The notes: generated from the sequence alone by a model not told the origin. A DNA stretch of 64,000 nt from Gemmatimonadaceae bacterium (GCA_035317285.1 DATHHC010000042.1:7251-71250), one strand, 5' to 3'; positions 28,981 to 39,210 are shown, counted from the first letter of the stretch. Translations and numbers: made by a program.

Positions 28981-29513
28981 GGACGTGTGGTTCCCGGCTT
29001 CGTCGATCCCTTCTGCGGCGCCGCTTTCGTGGCCGCCTTGGGGCTATCTGCCGGCTTGGGGATGCTGGTCACAGTCGAGGAATCGCGTGGAATGATCGTA
29101 TCGCCGGCAAGTGGTGGAGCATCCGGATGCCTGAAGAACACTGGCAACAGAATGGATACCGGAACTGCCTGGCCCTGAGTCTTGGCGGGTTCGAACTTGA
29201 GGTCCCGCGAGCCCTTCATCGCCGCGGAATCCAGTGCGGTGAACCCTGACGTCTCCGCAATCCGGGTCGAGTCTGCTACAATCACGCCCTCTCTGTCGAT
29301 GAATATCCGGAGCGTGACGTTGCCCTGAACCTTCTGCGCGTACAGCGCGGGGGGATAACGAAATGGCAGTTCCTTGTTGAGCATCACCGGCGCGACGTCC
29401 GGCTGTCTGCCCACCGTCTGAAACGGCAGTCCCGATCCGTCTCCATTCTTGCACCCAGCGCCGAAAGTCAGCGCAATCAGCGCTATGGCACCCAGTCTCA
29501 TGTACATGCTCAA
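28977..29513 (-). CDS. TonB C-terminal domain lipoprotein
   Basis: Lipobox FGAGC; YPPALYAQKVQGNVTLRIFI...SGFTALDSAA...FEPA. Confidence 0.8.
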   Translation of the reverse strand: MSMYMRLGAIALIALTFGAGCKNGDGSGLPFQTVGRQPDVAPVMLNKELPFRYPPALYAQKVQGNVTLRIFIDREGVIVADSTRIAETSGFTALDSAAMKGSRDLKFEPAKTQGQAVPVSILLPVFFRHPDAPPLAGDTIIPRDSSTVTSIPKPADSPKAATKAAPQKGSTKPGTTRP

Positions 29514-32143
29514 GCCGTTCCTCCGTCTCGCTTCACTTCGTCGACGAGTCGGGCAAGCATCTCGAGCGCTTGAATTGGCGTCATCGTATTCGGATCCACC
29601 TTTCTCAGTTGTTGCACGACAGGATGCGTCATCACGCCGAACAGTGCCAGCTGGCTGTCTGGAGCATCGCTCGGTGCCGGCGAGGCGCGTCCAGATCGAG
29701 GCACGATCTGTTCCGCTTCCAGCAGCTTCAGCAGCTCTGCTGCCCGTTTCAGCACTGCGGGCGGAAGACCCGCGAGCCTGCCCACTTCGATTCCGTACGA
29801 ACGATCGGCGCCGCCCGGCTGCAGGCGATGGAGGAAAAGAACCTCATCCCCGACCTCGCGCACCTGCACGTTATAGTTGCGAACTGCGACTAAATTGTCG
29901 GCCAGTTGCGTGAGCTCGTGATAGTGCGTCGCAAAGATCGTTTTGCACCCGACTGCGTTGTGCAGGTGCTCGCTCACCGACCAGGCGATCGAAATTCCGT
30001 CGTAGGTCGAGGTGCCGCGGCCGATCTCATCGAGCAGCACCAGGCTTCGTCGTGTCGCCGTATGAAGGATGGCGCTCGTTTCCGACATCTCCACCATGAA
30101 GGTCGACTGCCCGCGAACAAGGTTATCGCTCGCCCCGACCCGGGTGAAAAGGCGGTCGACGACCCCGATTCGCGCGCGGGTGGCAGGGACGAAACTGCCA
30201 ACCTGCGCCATCAGCACGATCAGGCCGACCTGCCTGAGCACAGTTGATTTGCCCGCCATGTTCGGCCCGGTCAGAATGATCATTCGCGCATCTTCTGTGA
30301 GCGCTACGTCGTTCGGAATGAACTTCTCGCGTGGCATCATCCTTTCTACGACTGGATGCCTGCCGGCTGTGATCTCGAGCGAGAAATCATCGGTGAGCAT
30401 CGGACGCACGTAACCTTCCCGCGCTGCGACTTCGGACAGCGATGCGAGCACATCGAGCTCGGCAACGATTTGCGCAACTGCCTGCAGGCGACCGACCTGA
30501 CCCCCGACCCGTGACCGCAGTGCTTCGAACAGCTCCCGCTCCCGCTCCTCGACTCGTTCAGCCGCCGTCAGAACCCGCTCCTCGTACTCCTTGAGCGAAG
30601 GCGTCACATACCGCTCCGCTCCGGCCAGGGTCTGGCGCCGCTGGTAGTCGCTGGGGACGAGATGCACGTTGGTGTTCGTTACTTCGATGAAATAGCCGAA
30701 GATCTTGTTGTAGCCGACCTTCAGGGAATTGATACCCGTGCGTGCGCGCTCCTCGGCCTGAATTTTGGCAATGGAATCCTTGCCACCGTCGCGCAGCGCC
30801 CGCCACTCGTCCAGCTTGCTGTCGACGCCAGCGCGCACACTGGATTCATCTCCGATGGCAACGGGCGGTCGCTCGACGAGTGTTCGGATTATCTCCTCGG
30901 AGAGATCCCCACAGCCATCCCAGTCGCCGGCGTGTCTTCCTAGCGCGGTATCGTTTTCGGGTGTTGCCGCCGCGCGAGCTCGCCCCAGTGCCGCTTCAAC
31001 TGCGGGCAACATTGCAATTGAATCACCGAGTGCACGGAGCTCGCGGGGAGAGGCGCGTCCGGCGGCTGCCTTCCCGGCAAGTCGTTCAATGTCACGCACA
31101 CCGTCCAGAGCTTCTCGCATCGCACCACGAATGAGCCCGTCTCCGAGTGCATCGACAGCGCCGAGTCTCGCATCTATGTCCACACGGTTGACGAGTGGAG
31201 CGAGAAGCCACTGCCGGAGCAGGCGCGCGCCCATTGGCGTGAGAGTACGGTCGAGAACTCCCAGAAGTGTCCCCGAGGTTTCTGCGCCGCGCATTGACTC
31301 GACCAGCTCGAGATTTCGCCGCGTCATCTCGTCGAGGGGCAGAATGCCCTCCTGTCTCTCGATTTTCGGACGCGCGAGATGCGACATCCCGGCGGGTTGC
31401 AGCTCATTGAGATAGCGGAGCAGCGCCCCCGCTGCACCTACTGCCGCCTTGTCTCCGATTTCAATTCCAAACGCTTCGAGAGAGCTCACCCTGAAGTGTT
31501 GCACCAGTTGATCACGGCCCAGCTCGCTGTCGAATTCCCAGCCTTCCCGTTCGGTTACCATGGGTCCTTCTTCGCCGACGGGACCTCTCAGGAATTGAGC
31601 GAGACTCTCCCCGCGTGAAAGAATTACCTCTCGGGGTGTAAACCTCGAAAGCGCGGATTCCAGATCGCGGATGCCTATGGCAGTGAGCCTGAGCTCGCCC
31701 GTTGAAAGGTCGGCGGCGGCGATTCCCACCAGGTCGCCATCACGATTGAGTGCGCATAGATAGTTATTGCGCGTGCCGTCGAGCAGATCGTCGGAGAACG
31801 CTGCACCAGGCGTGATAGTCTCCACCACCTCACGCTTCACAATGCCTTTGGCGAATTTTGGGTCTTCCGTTTGCTCGCAGATCGAGACACGGAATCCGTG
31901 TTGGATCAACCGTCGGAGATACTCGCCGGCCGCTTTAACGGGAACTCCCGCAAGCGGCACCGCGCTCGCGCCCCCGTTGTTCCTCGAGGTGAGCGTGAGG
32001 CCAAGCGTTCTCGAGGCTACTTCTGCATCCTCGTAGAACATTTCGTAGAAATCACCCATCCGGAAGAACAGGATCGCATCCTGATGACGCGATTTGATCT
32101 CCCGGTATTGCTGCATCAACGGTGTTGATGCGCCGCGGCTCAC
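29510..32143 (-). CDS. mutS: DNA mismatch repair protein MutS
   Basis: TPLMQQY, GDFYE, TGPNMAGKST, DEIGRGTST, ATHYHEL, QLALF clamp motif. Confidence 0.98.
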   Translation of the reverse strand: MSRGASTPLMQQYREIKSRHQDAILFFRMGDFYEMFYEDAEVASRTLGLTLTSRNNGGASAVPLAGVPVKAAGEYLRRLIQHGFRVSICEQTEDPKFAKGIVKREVVETITPGAAFSDDLLDGTRNNYLCALNRDGDLVGIAAADLSTGELRLTAIGIRDLESALSRFTPREVILSRGESLAQFLRGPVGEEGPMVTEREGWEFDSELGRDQLVQHFRVSSLEAFGIEIGDKAAVGAAGALLRYLNELQPAGMSHLARPKIERQEGILPLDEMTRRNLELVESMRGAETSGTLLGVLDRTLTPMGARLLRQWLLAPLVNRVDIDARLGAVDALGDGLIRGAMREALDGVRDIERLAGKAAAGRASPRELRALGDSIAMLPAVEAALGRARAAATPENDTALGRHAGDWDGCGDLSEEIIRTLVERPPVAIGDESSVRAGVDSKLDEWRALRDGGKDSIAKIQAEERARTGINSLKVGYNKIFGYFIEVTNTNVHLVPSDYQRRQTLAGAERYVTPSLKEYEERVLTAAERVEERERELFEALRSRVGGQVGRLQAVAQIVAELDVLASLSEVAAREGYVRPMLTDDFSLEITAGRHPVVERMMPREKFIPNDVALTEDARMIILTGPNMAGKSTVLRQVGLIVLMAQVGSFVPATRARIGVVDRLFTRVGASDNLVRGQSTFMVEMSETSAILHTATRRSLVLLDEIGRGTSTYDGISIAWSVSEHLHNAVGCKTIFATHYHELTQLADNLVAVRNYNVQVREVGDEVLFLHRLQPGGADRSYGIEVGRLAGLPPAVLKRAAELLKLLEAEQIVPRSGRASPAPSDAPDSQLALFGVMTHPVVQQLRKVDPNTMTPIQALEMLARLVDEVKRDGGTA

Positions 32144-33267
32144 CGTTCGGGCGCTCTCACCACGAAACCTTCCATGTGACTCGCTTTGATCTTCTTCAAC
32201 GCGTTTTCCGCTTCCGTCTCTGATGCGTAGCGTCCAATTCTGACCCGGAAGGGGGCCGTCGACCCGTCGACTCGCGCCGCGTAACCGCGCTTGTTCAGGG
32301 TTGCTGTGAGTTTGTCAGCGTCAGGTTTATGGGTGTAGGCAGCTACCTGGACCGAATACTCGCTTACCCGCGAGACTACGGCCTTCGGCGTCTTCGCTGG
32401 ATCGACGAGCGTCGGCTTGGAATCGTTGGCTTCGGCTGGCGGCTTGGGACGCTGAGCCGGCACGACCTTTTTCGGCGTTGCCGGAACGCTCACAACCGGA
32501 GGAGATGGGGTCGCCGCGACAGCAGCTGGTTTTTCTGTCGGAGCGGGCACAACTGACTTGGACGGCGTTGAACTCGCGCTGGACGTATTCGCGGTTACAG
32601 TCGCAGGTGTTGTAGAAGCAGTGACGGAGGCCGCGGTGGGACTTGCCGACGTACCCGTCATTGGGGGAGTCACCGTTGGAGTGGTCACCGTTGCCACAGT
32701 AGCGACCGACGGGCAGCGTTGACCCTGATACTGAATTTGATTCTTGAGCTCCACCTCCGAGGCGTCTGTCTGGGCCATCGCATTTGCATTGGCGGCGCAC
32801 GCTTTGGGAACATCGTTCTTCTCGAAAAGGACTCGAGCGGTCCAATAGCTCGCTCTCGCGAGCGATTTGCTTCGAGGATAATCACGTGGAATCCGCTGTA
32901 GATGGCCGAGTGCGCCATCGCGGTCGCCGCGAGCGAGCTCGAGCTGCGCGAGACGCAGCAGCGCGTCCTCGGCCTGTGGCGCAAGTGGATAGTCAACCAC
33001 TATGTGCTTGTAATCGCTCTCTGCATCCGCGGCATTCGAAGCCAGCGTCGCGCGCCAGAACAGGGCTTGCGGGTAGAGCTGAGATGTTGTGGGCGTCTTT
33101 GAGATAACGGAATCTATCAGCGCCCTCCCAGCCACCCCATTGCCATCACTCACAAGCGCCTGAGCTCTCACAAAAATCGGATCTGCCGGACGCATGGGTG
33201 CCTGAGCGGCTGCCGGTGTCGCGACCCAGAATAGAGGTAGGCCGAAAAGAACTGTCCATCTAGACAT
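32140..33267 (-). CDS. Periplasmic TPR + SPOR domain protein
   Basis: Signal peptide, TPR-like helices, T/P/S-rich linker, YSVQVAAY...FRVRIGRY. Confidence 0.85.
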   Translation of the reverse strand: MSRWTVLFGLPLFWVATPAAAQAPMRPADPIFVRAQALVSDGNGVAGRALIDSVISKTPTTSQLYPQALFWRATLASNAADAESDYKHIVVDYPLAPQAEDALLRLAQLELARGDRDGALGHLQRIPRDYPRSKSLARASYWTARVLFEKNDVPKACAANANAMAQTDASEVELKNQIQYQGQRCPSVATVATVTTPTVTPPMTGTSASPTAASVTASTTPATVTANTSSASSTPSKSVVPAPTEKPAAVAATPSPPVVSVPATPKKVVPAQRPKPPAEANDSKPTLVDPAKTPKAVVSRVSEYSVQVAAYTHKPDADKLTATLNKRGYAARVDGSTAPFRVRIGRYASETEAENALKKIKASHMEGFVVRAPER

Positions 33268-33322
33268 CTTACCACTCTCCTATTGACTCATGCGGCGGTT
33301 TTCTTCCGCGCAATGAACTCCA

Positions 33323-34381
33323 TTATGCGGCAACGCTCTGATCGTCGACTGCACACAGACTGAGTACTACGGTGGCCAGCAATTGTTCTTCGGACGAGAC
33401 TCTGCTTTCCTTGAGGGCTACGTCCGCCTCGAGAAGGGAGTCGAGCGCGCGATCCAACGATTCGCTGGTCCAGCGCTCCGCGGCACGAACCCAGGCGGCA
33501 GTGGCAGATCCCCACGGCCGGCCTGTGAATGCTCCCGTCTGCTTCAGAAGATCGAAGTATTCCTGGGCCAGGCGAGCTCTCGAGAGACCTTCATCCAGTC
33601 TCGCGCGCCCCCACGAGATAGCGAGCATCTGTGTCGATAATGCCATGACGATTGAGACACCAGTTGTTTTCGGCTGGGTGAGGACGTGGGAGATCAATCC
33701 CAGTGCTAAGGGCGCGTTACGCTCAGCAACTGCATCGAGGAGATCGGCCTGCGTCTCGCCCCGCCGCACTCCGACAACGGCCGCTACGGCCTCTTCGCTG
33801 ACCTCCTCGCCGTGGCCTTCTATGTAGCTCGCAAGCTTATCCAGCTCCCCTGACAGTTGGTGCAGGTCGCTACCAACGGCGGCTTGCAGGAGTTCAGCGG
33901 CTGGCTGGCTGATTTTTACGCCAAGCTCGCCAGCTCGATGCGAAATCCATTTGGGAATCCGGTCGCCGGTTAGCGGATCAAACTGGAGCGATGTGCTCGA
34001 GGCAGAGAGCACTGCATCGGCCTTTGATCCGGCCGCCGCGGTCATGAGAAGGAGCAGATCGACCGCGGGTCGTTTCAGGTACTCCTCGAGAACCTTGCGC
34101 GCGTCTTTCTTGAGCCCACCAACGTCGCGAAGCACGATTACGCGCCGATCCGCCATCATTGGCGGTGTGGAAAGAAGAACTCCAAGGGTCTCGGCATCGA
34201 GTTCGGCCGATCGTCTCGTATCCAGGTTGAAGTCTTTGGACCCCGGATCAAGTGCGGCGTCGACTAGCTGCTGGGCAGCATCATCCTTTTGATAGTCATC
34301 CTCTCCCCAGATGTAGTAAGCGCCGTCGAATGACCGGCGCTTAATCGCATCACGAACTGTTTTGAGAGAGGATGCGGACAT
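33323..34381 (-). CDS. holA: DNA polymerase III delta subunit
   Basis: YYIWGEDDY, FNLD, PMMADRRVIVL, ELDKL, DVALK. Confidence 0.9.
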   Translation of the reverse strand: MSASSLKTVRDAIKRRSFDGAYYIWGEDDYQKDDAAQQLVDAALDPGSKDFNLDTRRSAELDAETLGVLLSTPPMMADRRVIVLRDVGGLKKDARKVLEEYLKRPAVDLLLLMTAAAGSKADAVLSASSTSLQFDPLTGDRIPKWISHRAGELGVKISQPAAELLQAAVGSDLHQLSGELDKLASYIEGHGEEVSEEAVAAVVGVRRGETQADLLDAVAERNAPLALGLISHVLTQPKTTGVSIVMALSTQMLAISWGRARLDEGLSRARLAQEYFDLLKQTGAFTGRPWGSATAAWVRAAERWTSESLDRALDSLLEADVALKESRVSSEEQLLATVVLSLCAVDDQSVAA

Positions 34382-34429
34382 CCTCCAAATATACGGCCGC
34401 TCTACTGGGCTGCCGATGGCTCCCGGACA

Positions 34430-34966
34430 CTAACGAGTGTAGTTCGTCAGCTCGAGCTTGGAGTGCGCAAACCGCACCGGCGCCTGCTCCGCAAACAGGG
34501 CGGCTGGCCAGATGGTAAGGCCTGCCGTAACGGAGGTAACGATCGCCGGCGTCGACGTCGTGAGTGGTGTGAGCTCGGGCTCCGGAATGGTGGCGATCAC
34601 AGGCGCCATGACGATATCACGCGGAGCATCGGTGTGGTGGTACAGTGTCGTCGCTATGTATCCGAGCATTGCCGCACTGGCGAGCGTTGCCGCGACCGCG
34701 CCTCGTCTGAGATTGCGCTGCGTGGCAGCCAGCAGATGGTCGCTTTGACACTCTTGGAGACGCGCTTCGAGTCGCTGGGAAAAGCCCGCGGATGGCTCTA
34801 TTGAAGGAAGATTTCTGAAGAGCAGAAGCGCTCGGCGGATCCTCGCATCGTGCTTCGCACAGTTCTCACATTCAGCAATGTGCCGCTGCATGCGAACCAG
34901 CTCGATCCCGGCAAGGGTATCGTCTACAAAAGCAACGTGCTGATCACAAAACTCGCGACAATCCAT
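34430..34966 (-). CDS. zf-HC2 anti-sigma factor
   Basis: MDC...HIAECENC (HxxxCxxC), single TM; directly follows the ECF sigma. Confidence 0.85.
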   Translation of the reverse strand: MDCREFCDQHVAFVDDTLAGIELVRMQRHIAECENCAKHDARIRRALLLFRNLPSIEPSAGFSQRLEARLQECQSDHLLAATQRNLRRGAVAATLASAAMLGYIATTLYHHTDAPRDIVMAPVIATIPEPELTPLTTSTPAIVTSVTAGLTIWPAALFAEQAPVRFAHSKLELTNYTR

Positions 34967-35032
34967 GTAGGTAGGTTGAGGGTTCGGTAACAGGTACCCA
35001 GCAGGGGGGCGCCTGTTCCCGAACCGCCGAAC

Positions 35033-35671
35033 CTAATCTACATATGGGGCAATGATTTCCGCGAACGAAGTCCTTGCTCGATTGAGGCGCGATTTGACCG
35101 TCCCCAGATTGCAGTCCGTGATCTCCGCGATCTCCTCGTAGGACTTGCCTTCGAGCTCGCGCAGGACGAACACATTTCTGTGATGCTCGGGAAGCTTGGC
35201 CACGGTCTCTTCGACGATCTCCCTCAGATGACGCTTGCGATACATGTCATCCGGACGCGACGTTGTGTCCTCGAACTGGAGGGGACGATCATCGTCCTGG
35301 AAGCTCTTCTGGACCGTCTGAAAGAGAACCAGGGGATTGCGCGAGCGGTTGCGCAGCTCGTTCTTCGCCAGGTTGGACGCGATCGTATAGACCCAGGTCG
35401 AAAACTTCTTCGAGCGGTCGAAACGGTGCAGGTGTCGGTAGACACGAATGAATACCTCCTGCACGAGATCTTCCGCCTTTTCCCGGTCGCCGATCGTACG
35501 GTACACGAAGTTCAGGAGGCGCGTTTGGTAGCGTGTGACCAGCTCAGAGAAGGCGCGCTCCTCTCCACCAAGAAACTCGGTGACGACGGCTGAATCATCC
35601 ATCGCCTGGAGACGTTCCCTGACGGTTGGTCCTTCAACCGCTACAGCTTGCTTACGGACGATGTCAGCCAT
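35033..35671 (-). CDS. ECF (RpoE-like) RNA polymerase sigma factor
   Basis: AEDLVQEVF, FSTWVYTIASN, SYEEIAEI, GTVKSRLNRAR. Confidence 0.95.
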   Translation of the reverse strand: MADIVRKQAVAVEGPTVRERLQAMDDSAVVTEFLGGEERAFSELVTRYQTRLLNFVYRTIGDREKAEDLVQEVFIRVYRHLHRFDRSKKFSTWVYTIASNLAKNELRNRSRNPLVLFQTVQKSFQDDDRPLQFEDTTSRPDDMYRKRHLREIVEETVAKLPEHHRNVFVLRELEGKSYEEIAEITDCNLGTVKSRLNRARTSFAEIIAPYVD

Positions 35672-35761
35672 TTTTCTCTCCTCGGTCTACCTATATGAGA
35701 GACACGCATGACACTGGATCATGCACATCTCCGCTGGAACTTTTTCTTCGCTTTCATGTAA

Positions 35762-35880
35762 TGCAGGGCCCGTGCCCGGTGACTCCTAGCAGGAACCTGT
35801 TGTCAGTAAAGGACTTACGGCGTTTGGGTCAAGCACTTGGCCTGTCCTGTTTCTGCCAATTCTGTCCCTTTTACATGACA
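35762..35880 (-). promoter_or_regulatory. Sigma54-type promoter with IHF-like site and enhancer-like palindrome
   Basis: GGGCACGGGCCCTGCA (35777-35762); TAAGTCCTTTACTGACAACAGGTT (about 35817-35794); TGTC-N10-GACA (35863-35880). Confidence 0.6.
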
Positions 35881-35924
35881 TGTCAGCGTCTTTCATTGAT
35901 TAGACGCCAATTTGGCCCTAAGGG

Positions 35925-36485
35925 TTAACGGCTTGCCCGAAACCCCGCGGCGAACAGGAGGCCGAGTGCAGTCTTGGCATCCTGAATCCCACCGGCCTCT
36001 ACCATCTCCAATGCTCGCGACAACCGCATTGGATGGAGATCCAGAAACTCATCCGCCTCATGCTTAGTCTCACCAGCGACCAAACCGGTTGCCATGAAGA
36101 GGTGGATTCTTTCGTCCGTGAACCCTGGAGTCGTGTACATCGTGAGCAAGGGCTCCATCTGCTCCGCCGTGCAGCCGGTCTCTTCCTTTAGCTCCCGTAT
36201 GGCGCAATCGCGGGGATTTTCTCCCTCGTCGAGCCTGCCTGCCGGTATCTCGTACATATAGCCGTCGGCAGCGTATCGGTACTGACGGATCATGAGTACC
36301 TGTGGATCTTCCCCCCGTGGATCGCTCAGGAAGGGAACGATCGCGCTCGCACCCGGGTGCCGAATCATCTCCAGCTGGCCGATGGATCCGTCGGGAAACC
36401 GGACGGTGTCCACATCGAGCGAGATGACCTTTCCAGTATAGACGCGCTTCGATTCTACGCACCCGGGTTTCGTTTCTTCTTCCAT
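35925..36485 (-). CDS. NUDIX hydrolase (ADP-ribose pyrophosphatase-like)
   Basis: Nudix box GRLDEGENPRDCAIRELKEETG; QYRY, PGFTDE, DAKT. Confidence 0.92.
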   Translation of the reverse strand: MEEETKPGCVESKRVYTGKVISLDVDTVRFPDGSIGQLEMIRHPGASAIVPFLSDPRGEDPQVLMIRQYRYAADGYMYEIPAGRLDEGENPRDCAIRELKEETGCTAEQMEPLLTMYTTPGFTDERIHLFMATGLVAGETKHEADEFLDLHPMRLSRALEMVEAGGIQDAKTALGLLFAAGFRASR

Positions 36486-36497
36486 CGCAGCTGAGGC

Positions 36498-37847
36498 TTA
36501 CGAGCTGTAAACGTGCAGATCCCCGACGCTCAGATCAGACACAGAGGCGCGAATGACACGCGCGTCACCGACCACGATCGTCTGCAGCTCATCAGGGTGC
36601 AGGTGCTCCCTAGCCGCCCGGAGAACTGCGTCCACCGACACGGCATGGACGTTCTTTCTATAGGATTCGAAGTAATCGGCGGGCAAATCGTAAATCACGA
36701 GTGTCGCCAGGGCTGACGCGATTGCGCCGGTCGTTTCGTATCGTATTGGGAAGACTCCCTCGAGGTAATCCCTCGCTAGTAATAGCTCTTCTTCCGAGAT
36801 GTGTTCGCCCCGGATTCGATCGATCTCGAGAAAGATCTCGCGTAGCGCGGGCGCTGTTACCTCGCTCTGTACCGCTGTCGACACGACGAACGGACCGGGG
36901 CCGCGCCGCCAGTCATAGAACGATGAGGCCCCATAGGTGTAGCCGTGCGCCTCACGAAGATTCAGGTTGATTCGAGAACCGAAAAGGCCGCCCAGAACGG
37001 CGTTCATGACGAGCGCCGGAAAAAAATCCGGATGCTTGCGCGGTAAGCCGACATGGCCAGCGCGTAGCTCCGACTGAGGTGCTTCCGGCTTGTCCACGAT
37101 ATGGATGCTCTTCCGAGTCGTTCGCGGCGCTGCGATCAGCGGTTGGCTGGGAGCTACTCCGGACGGCCAGCGCTGAAATGCGCGTGTAATCAATGCGCGC
37201 GCTTCGTCGGTTGTGATATCCCCGGCGATGATGACAGTAGTCGATCCGGCGCGGTACCTGGATCTGTAAAATTCCTCGACGTCCTGCCGCGACAATGCGC
37301 GCACGCTCTCGGTACCACCCTCATCGGGCTTCGAGTACCGGGATTCCTGCGTGTAGAGAAACTCCGAGAACTTCTCGTCAGCCAGACCTCGTGGCTCCAT
37401 TTCGAGCTGAAGAATCTCCGCGAGACGTTCCGCCTTGGCCCGCTCTACCTCACGTTCAGGAAAAGTCGGACTGCTGATGGTTTCGCCAAGAAGATTCGTC
37501 GCCTGTTCCAGCTGTTCTGACAACACCGTCATCTTGATGAAGGCACTATCCCAGTCGGCACCCGATTCGACCGATGTCCCAAGCTGCTCGAATGCCTCAG
37601 CCAGTTCCGCTCCGTCGAATCGTTCGGTACCCTCGAGCAGCGTGCCGGCGGTGAGGGCGGCGACGCCTTCTTTGCCGGCTGGATCGTTTGTGGATCCCGC
37701 CTCGACAACAACGAGGACCGTCACTACAGGAAGCTTTGCGACCGGTGCCGTCACCAGGTGTATTCCGCTAGGCAACAGCTCGTCGGAAAAATCAGGGAAA
37801 TGGTAGCTGCGGGGTGGGCCTGGCTTCGGCCGGAGCGAGGTGACCAT
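36498..37847 (-). CDS. M16 peptidase, non-catalytic subunit (cytoplasmic)
   Basis: M16 fold without HxxEH; SRINLNLREAHGYTYG. Confidence 0.9.
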   Translation of the reverse strand: MVTSLRPKPGPPRSYHFPDFSDELLPSGIHLVTAPVAKLPVVTVLVVVEAGSTNDPAGKEGVAALTAGTLLEGTERFDGAELAEAFEQLGTSVESGADWDSAFIKMTVLSEQLEQATNLLGETISSPTFPEREVERAKAERLAEILQLEMEPRGLADEKFSEFLYTQESRYSKPDEGGTESVRALSRQDVEEFYRSRYRAGSTTVIIAGDITTDEARALITRAFQRWPSGVAPSQPLIAAPRTTRKSIHIVDKPEAPQSELRAGHVGLPRKHPDFFPALVMNAVLGGLFGSRINLNLREAHGYTYGASSFYDWRRGPGPFVVSTAVQSEVTAPALREIFLEIDRIRGEHISEEELLLARDYLEGVFPIRYETTGAIASALATLVIYDLPADYFESYRKNVHAVSVDAVLRAAREHLHPDELQTIVVGDARVIRASVSDLSVGDLHVYSS

Positions 37848-39157
37848 TAGTCTGCGCGGCCGGCGGCGGCCAGCATGCTCTCTGATTCCACGCCTTCTTT
37901 CGGAACATAGAGAAGACTTGCCCTGTTGTTCTCGCCCAAACGCTCGGAGACAAAGTCGTTGACTCTCTGGGTAGTGACGGAGCGGTAACGTTCCGCCTGC
38001 TCGTTGATCAGCTCCGGCTGCCGAAAATAGGTAGCAAACATGGAAAGCCTGTCTGCTCTCTCGCCCGCCGTCTGGAGGGACGCGAGCAGATCCGTCTCGA
38101 TCAGCGCGACGGCTCTTTTTACTTCCGCTTCCGTAACGCCTTCGCGATGGACTGCGTCGATTTCACGCTCGACTTCTTCCTCGAGCCTGGTGACTGAGGT
38201 TTCCGGCCGGGCCGTGACGTCGACGACGAGGAGATCCGTACCCTTGGCCAGGTCGAACGTGAACGCACCGGCGTCCGCCGCGACCTGCCGCTCCCGCACC
38301 AGAGAGCGTTGAAGACGACTGCCCTTTCTCATCCCAAGCACCGCAGAAGTCACACTGGCAGCATAGTACTTCTCAGTACCAAAAACGGGCGAGCGAAAGG
38401 CCATGAAGAGTCGTGGCAGGCTGACGTTATCGTGGACGACTTCGCGCAACCGGTTTCCGAATACGGGCGGAAGATTCATCGGTGGCAGTGGGGGTCTTTC
38501 AGTCCCGCGCGAAATTGGTCCGAAGTACTCGGTAATCAGCTCGCGCGCCTCCTGCGAATCAAAGTCACCGGCGATCGAGAGAACCGCATTATCCGGCGTG
38601 TAGTAGGTGGCAAAGAAATGGGCAACGTCATCGAGCGATGCGGCCGACAGATCCTCCATCGACCCGATGAGCGAATGCTGAAAGGGGTGCGACGCCGGGA
38701 ATACCAGCTCCTGCATCTTCTCGAGCATCGTGCCATATGGCTGGTTGTCTACCGCCCATCGCCGTTCGTTCTTAACGACATCGCGTTGCATGTCCAGCTT
38801 TTCCTGCGTCATTGCTGGAAGGAGCTCGCCCATGCGGTCTGCTTCAAGCCAGAGTGCCAGTGCAAGCTCATTTGATGGAACCGTCTCGAAATAATTTGTC
38901 CGCTCCAGCCATGTCGAGCCGTTCAACGTTCCGCCGGCACGTTGTATCAACTCGAAATGTTCGCTCGACGCGACATGTGCCGAGCCCTGGAACAGCATGT
39001 GCTCGAACAGGTGCGCGAATCCGGTTCTACCGGTTTTCTCGTTCGCTGACCCCACATGGTACCAGAGGTTCACAGCCACGATTGGTGTGGTATGATCCTC
39101 CGACAGCGTTACGAACAGCCCGTTGTCGAGATGGAAGGTTTCTACAGGAATTCGCAT
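37847..39157 (-). CDS. M16 zinc peptidase, catalytic subunit (cytoplasmic)
   Basis: GFAHLFEHMLF; ATG at 39157; no signal peptide. Confidence 0.92.
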   Translation of the reverse strand: MRIPVETFHLDNGLFVTLSEDHTTPIVAVNLWYHVGSANEKTGRTGFAHLFEHMLFQGSAHVASSEHFELIQRAGGTLNGSTWLERTNYFETVPSNELALALWLEADRMGELLPAMTQEKLDMQRDVVKNERRWAVDNQPYGTMLEKMQELVFPASHPFQHSLIGSMEDLSAASLDDVAHFFATYYTPDNAVLSIAGDFDSQEARELITEYFGPISRGTERPPLPPMNLPPVFGNRLREVVHDNVSLPRLFMAFRSPVFGTEKYYAASVTSAVLGMRKGSRLQRSLVRERQVAADAGAFTFDLAKGTDLLVVDVTARPETSVTRLEEEVEREIDAVHREGVTEAEVKRAVALIETDLLASLQTAGERADRLSMFATYFRQPELINEQAERYRSVTTQRVNDFVSERLGENNRASLLYVPKEGVESESMLAAAGRAD

Positions 39158-39210
39158 TGTCGTAAATTGCCCGCCATGCAAACCCACTGGAACCCCCTTA
39201 GCATCCGCGC

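Noticed and set aside
32400-32700. Low-complexity T/P/A/S stretch as a DNA repeat or CRISPR array
   Set aside because: It is the protein linker of the SPOR protein; there are no regular direct repeats and no CRISPR array anywhere in the window.
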